From: Clostridia bacterium
Lineage (GTDB): Bacteria > Bacillota > Clostridia > Oscillospirales > Acutalibacteraceae
Assembly: GCA_017939855.1 (NCBI GenBank)
Contig: JAGAZW010000255.1
Coordinates: 1-29,841 of the forward strand
Direction: 5' to 3'
Length of the DNA: 29,841 nt
Shown piece by piece: positions 26,880 through 29,841 of the stretch. The translations under genes were made by a program, and so were the position numbers. Positions within the stretch are counted from its first letter, which is position 1; the number at the start of each line of letters is the position of its first letter. The notes beneath the pieces were generated by a model, which saw nothing but the letters and a program-made list of their open reading frames with translations, was not told where the DNA came from and ran no database searches.

Positions 26880-28070
26880 TTAGTCGGTCATATTATCGAA
26901 GTAACCCTGAACAAGTATAACAGGTGTTCCCTTATCGCCCGAGCCGCTTGTGAGGTCGCATAGCGAACCTATAAGGTCGGTGAGTCTTCTGGGGGTAGTT
27001 CCCTGAGACGCCATATTGCCCACAAGGTCACTGCCCTTTTCCTTGATAGCGTTTTCGATAGCCTCCTTGAGCTCTTCACCCTTAAGGTCAGCAAAATCGT
27101 TATCTGCAAGATATTTGAGCTTGAGCTCGTTTGGCGTACCCTCTAAGCCCTTAGTGTAGGCGGGGGAAACAACAGGGTCTGCCAACTCCCAAATTTTACC
27201 AACAGGATCCTTAAAGGCACCGTCACCATACACCATAACCTCAATATTCCTGCCCGAACGCTTCAAAAAGCTCTCTTGAATGGTGTTTACAAGGTCAAAG
27301 CAGTCCTGAGGGAATAGCTTTACGGTGTTTTCGGTGGATTTATTGGAGCCCAACAAACCGTATTTTGAGTTAAAACCGCTACCGGATATGGATTCGTTTA
27401 GTATCTCGTCGAGACCTACAACACGTTTTGCACCTGCTGCACGTAAAATACGCTTTGTACGTGCACGGGAATGGATATCGCAGTTTAATACATTGTCGGT
27501 GTAATTGAGGATAACTCTCGGGTCATTAGCTAAAATAATTTCAGCTTCTGCGCCGCAGGAACGGATAAGGTCACCATAATATTTGATGTAGTCAACACCT
27601 GTGAACGGATGAGGATTTTCACCGAACAATTCACGATATTTTGCTTCGGTCAATATATCTGAATAGGGGTTAATACCTGCTTCGTCTAACTGATCAAGGG
27701 AAACCAAAGCGTTACCCACTTCGTCACTGGGGTAGTTAAGCATAAGCACTATCTTTTTGGCGCCCATAGCTATGCCACGTAGACAAATAGCAAAACGATT
27801 TCGGCTTAAAATGGGGAATATAACACCTATAGTCTCGCCGCCGAGCTTTGTCTTAACGTCTTGAGCAATTGCATCAACCGACGCATAATTTCCCTGAGCA
27901 CGTGCAACAACAGATTCTGTTACTGCTACTACATCACGGTCACGAAGCTCAAAGCCTTCGTACTCTGCCGCTTCTATAACGCTGTCAACAACAATAGCAG
28001 CGATGTCGTCTCCCTCACGGATAATAGGGCATCTGATGCCACGAGATATTGTACCTACTTTTCTTGCCAT
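26880..28070 (-). CDS. CofE-like (coenzyme F420-0:gamma-glutamyl ligase family) protein, enlarged, true substrate unknown
   Basis: GIRCPIIREGDDIA, DRDVVAVTESVVARAQG, GLLGSN...KLFPQD, LTDLIGSLCDLTSGSGDKGTPVILVQG match CofE blocks; GGAGG RBS. Confidence 0.82.
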   Translation of the reverse strand: MARKVGTISRGIRCPIIREGDDIAAIVVDSVIEAAEYEGFELRDRDVVAVTESVVARAQGNYASVDAIAQDVKTKLGGETIGVIFPILSRNRFAICLRGIAMGAKKIVLMLNYPSDEVGNALVSLDQLDEAGINPYSDILTEAKYRELFGENPHPFTGVDYIKYYGDLIRSCGAEAEIILANDPRVILNYTDNVLNCDIHSRARTKRILRAAGAKRVVGLDEILNESISGSGFNSKYGLLGSNKSTENTVKLFPQDCFDLVNTIQESFLKRSGRNIEVMVYGDGAFKDPVGKIWELADPVVSPAYTKGLEGTPNELKLKYLADNDFADLKGEELKEAIENAIKEKGSDLVGNMASQGTTPRRLTDLIGSLCDLTSGSGDKGTPVILVQGYFDNMTD

Positions 28071-28088
28071 AAAATTGCCTCCAAGGTA

Positions 28089-28117
28089 TTGAATTTTCTT
28101 ACATTATTAATTATAAT
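28089..28117 (+). promoter_or_regulatory. Putative sigma-A promoter of lysR
   Basis: TTGAAT (28089-28094), 17 nt, TATAAT (28112-28117). Confidence 0.65.
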
Positions 28118-28138
28118 ACAATTACAGTCATTAGTCAA
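28110..28138 (-). promoter_or_regulatory. Putative sigma-A promoter of the CofE-like gene
   Basis: Minus strand TTGACT (28138-28133), 17 nt, TATAAT (28115-28110). Confidence 0.7.
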
Positions 28139-28160
28139 TTAGATAGAACTTACAATAGTA

Positions 28161-28175
28161 ATAAGGTGAGCTTAT
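28161..28175. promoter_or_regulatory. Candidate LysR recognition site (T-N11-A)
   Basis: Palindrome ATAAG-GTGAG-CTTAT, centred about 65 bp upstream of the predicted CofE-like start site and covering the lysR RBS. Confidence 0.7.
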
Positions 28176-29048
28176 ATGAAAACCAAACTTGATTATTATC
28201 GTGTTTTTTATGAAACTGCACGTTTTTCCTCCTTTTCAATTGCGGCAAGACACCTGTATGTGTCTCAATCGGCAATATCACAATGTATAAGTCAGCTGGA
28301 AAAGGATTTGGGTGCTCATCTTTTTGTGAGGTCACGAAGAGGCGTTAGTCTTACAAAAGAGGGTATTCTATTGTTTCAAAAGGTTGAGAATGCTATGCAG
28401 TCTATTGAGCAGGGTGAGACCCTACTTGCACGCCTGCACCATTTGGATAGTGGTTCGCTTATAATAGCGGCAGGCGATACCATAACCGGACAGTATCTAC
28501 TACCTTATCTTGAGCAGTTCCACGAAAATTATCCCAATATACGTATAGAAATGGCCAACTCTTATTCATCGAGAATGCTTCAATGTGTAAAAGAGGGGAA
28601 AGCAGAACTTGCCTTTGTCAACCTACCTGTAACAGACGATGAGCTTTGTATAAAACCTTGCCTTGAGATACATGATATTTTTGTGTGTGGGTCTGAATAT
28701 AGTGCCAAAAAAAGTTACACTTGGAGCGAAATAGCTCAACTGCCCCTTATACTTTTGGAGGAAAATTCAAATTCACGTCGATATATTGACGAAAAATTCA
28801 AAGAAAAGAAAATAATACTCAAACCGCAAATAGAAATGGCGGTACACGACCTTTTAATACGCTTCGCTTCAATTCATTTAGGCGTATCCTGTGTGGTAGA
28901 GGAATTTTCAAAGGAAAGTCTTGACAGCGGTATAATAAAACCTTTAAATCTTAATCCGCCTTTGCCACCGAGAAGTATAGGCTGTGCATATTTGAAGCAT
29001 AACTCTTTGTCTCCAGCCGCAAAAGCCTTCTTGAAGCTTATAAAATAA
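28176..29048 (+). CDS. LysR-family transcriptional regulator
   Basis: N-terminal HTH (FSIAARHLYVSQSAISQCISQLEKDLGAHLFVRSRRGVSLTKEG), 290 aa, divergent from the CofE-like gene. Confidence 0.96.
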   Translation: MKTKLDYYRVFYETARFSSFSIAARHLYVSQSAISQCISQLEKDLGAHLFVRSRRGVSLTKEGILLFQKVENAMQSIEQGETLLARLHHLDSGSLIIAAGDTITGQYLLPYLEQFHENYPNIRIEMANSYSSRMLQCVKEGKAELAFVNLPVTDDELCIKPCLEIHDIFVCGSEYSAKKSYTWSEIAQLPLILLEENSNSRRYIDEKFKEKKIILKPQIEMAVHDLLIRFASIHLGVSCVVEEFSKESLDSGIIKPLNLNPPLPPRSIGCAYLKHNSLSPAAKAFLKLIK

Positions 29049-29049
29049 T

Positions 29050-29090
29050 AAAATACGACAACACCCTACTTGGATGTTGTCGTATTTTTT
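29050..29090. terminator. Bidirectional terminator between lysR and the PHP gene
   Basis: AAAATACGACAACA...TGTTGTCGTATTTT 14-bp inverted repeat. Confidence 0.88.
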
Positions 29091-29096
29091 ATCTGA

Positions 29097-29819
29097 TTAT
29101 TTGAGCACGATGTTCCCGCAAATTTCAATCAAAAAATCTCCTTTTTTGAGAAGCTTTGCAAGATCAAAGGAGTCGGATGGCAGATATTTGCTCCTTATTG
29201 CCGCAAGTCCTTCGTGGTTCTTGTGCGGATGATGAAAATCAGAACCTGCAGTTATAATTGAAAGATTATTTTGTTTTGCCCAATCTGCGACCTGTCCTAT
29301 TCTTGAATTGTGACCGGGATGCATATTGAAAACTTCGACACCGTCTAAAATTTCAGGATCAACCTTTTCTATGCCGTCTCTCAGGGGGTGTGCCTGGAGA
29401 AAAATGCTGTGTGGCAACGAATAATTATTTCTGAAGTTTTCAACCCCAAAGGGAAGAAAATCATAAATTTCCTCAAGCATTTTTCGGCTTATTCCGAAAA
29501 CGAGGTACTCATTACGATTTTCCTCAAAGCATATTTCTGCGCCCAGATAAACCTTAACTCCAATCGCCTTTCCGAATTTTTCAGTTTCCTCAAAGTCTTT
29601 CAAAAAGAAGTCAATATATTCTTCTTTTGTCAGTTTGCTATGATTGTGAGAAAAATGATTTGTCACAGCTACAGCATGAAATCCGAGTCTTTTATAGGTT
29701 TTGACTATTTCTCTGGGTGAAATTTCGCTACATCTACTAGCAGGACTTGTATGGGCATCAAGCTCTATTTTGTATTTATAGTCGTGGCATAAAGTATCTT
29801 TAATTTCTTGTAAATTCAT
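29097..29819 (-). CDS. PHP domain-containing protein (metal-dependent phosphoesterase family)
   Basis: YKIELDAHTS, VAVTNH, LGAEI, QAHP, EVFN, GSDFH: the PHP motif order. Confidence 0.88.
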   Translation of the reverse strand: MNLQEIKDTLCHDYKYKIELDAHTSPASRCSEISPREIVKTYKRLGFHAVAVTNHFSHNHSKLTKEEYIDFFLKDFEETEKFGKAIGVKVYLGAEICFEENRNEYLVFGISRKMLEEIYDFLPFGVENFRNNYSLPHSIFLQAHPLRDGIEKVDPEILDGVEVFNMHPGHNSRIGQVADWAKQNNLSIITAGSDFHHPHKNHEGLAAIRSKYLPSDSFDLAKLLKKGDFLIEICGNIVLK

Positions 29820-29841
29820 ATTCTGTCTCGTTTTCTCGATA

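Noticed and set aside
24989-28070. Idea that the lone ACP and the CofE-like ligase form a carrier-dependent glutamylation pathway
   Set aside because: They are separated by proS and a terminator, have independent promoters, and no acyl-activating or tailoring genes are present.
1-29841. Mobile elements, prophage, CRISPR, defence or toxin-antitoxin systems
   Set aside because: No integrase, transposase, cas or toxin-like ORF, no spacer-repeat array, and no obvious compositional island by eye. The lone XRE has no partner toxin or methyltransferase.

Overview
This window is core chromosome from a low-GC monoderm bacterium. The protein sequences look like Clostridia, probably an Oscillospirales/Ruminococcaceae-type gut lineage (inference, no search run). 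It holds 30 apparently intact coding regions; miaA is cut by the window edge. Gene order: (+) miaA, HlyD-like adaptor, yggS, sepF, ylmH, divIVA, lspA, rluD, Cof-type HAD, split transketolase; (+) lone XRE regulator; (-) alpha/beta hydrolase, membrane-embedded murF, ddl, CDF exporter; (+) murI, DUF1934, argS, pncB, lipoprotein, lon, engB; (+) Asn T-box, asnS, asnA; (-) acpP; (+) proS; (-) CofE-like ligase divergent from a LysR gene; (-) PHP protein. I see no rRNA, tRNA, CRISPR array, transposase, integrase or prophage gene. The best candidates for undescribed biology are three. (1) A peptidoglycan cassette whose MurF has several predicted membrane helices in place of the normal N-terminal domain and is co-transcribed with a cytoplasmic serine hydrolase and Ddl. 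(2) An enlarged CofE/F420:glutamate-ligase-like enzyme with no F420 genes nearby, under a readable LysR switch (overlapping divergent promoters, palindromic operator near -65). (3) An orphan membrane-fusion protein inside the cell-division cluster. All family assignments come from motif recognition by eye.
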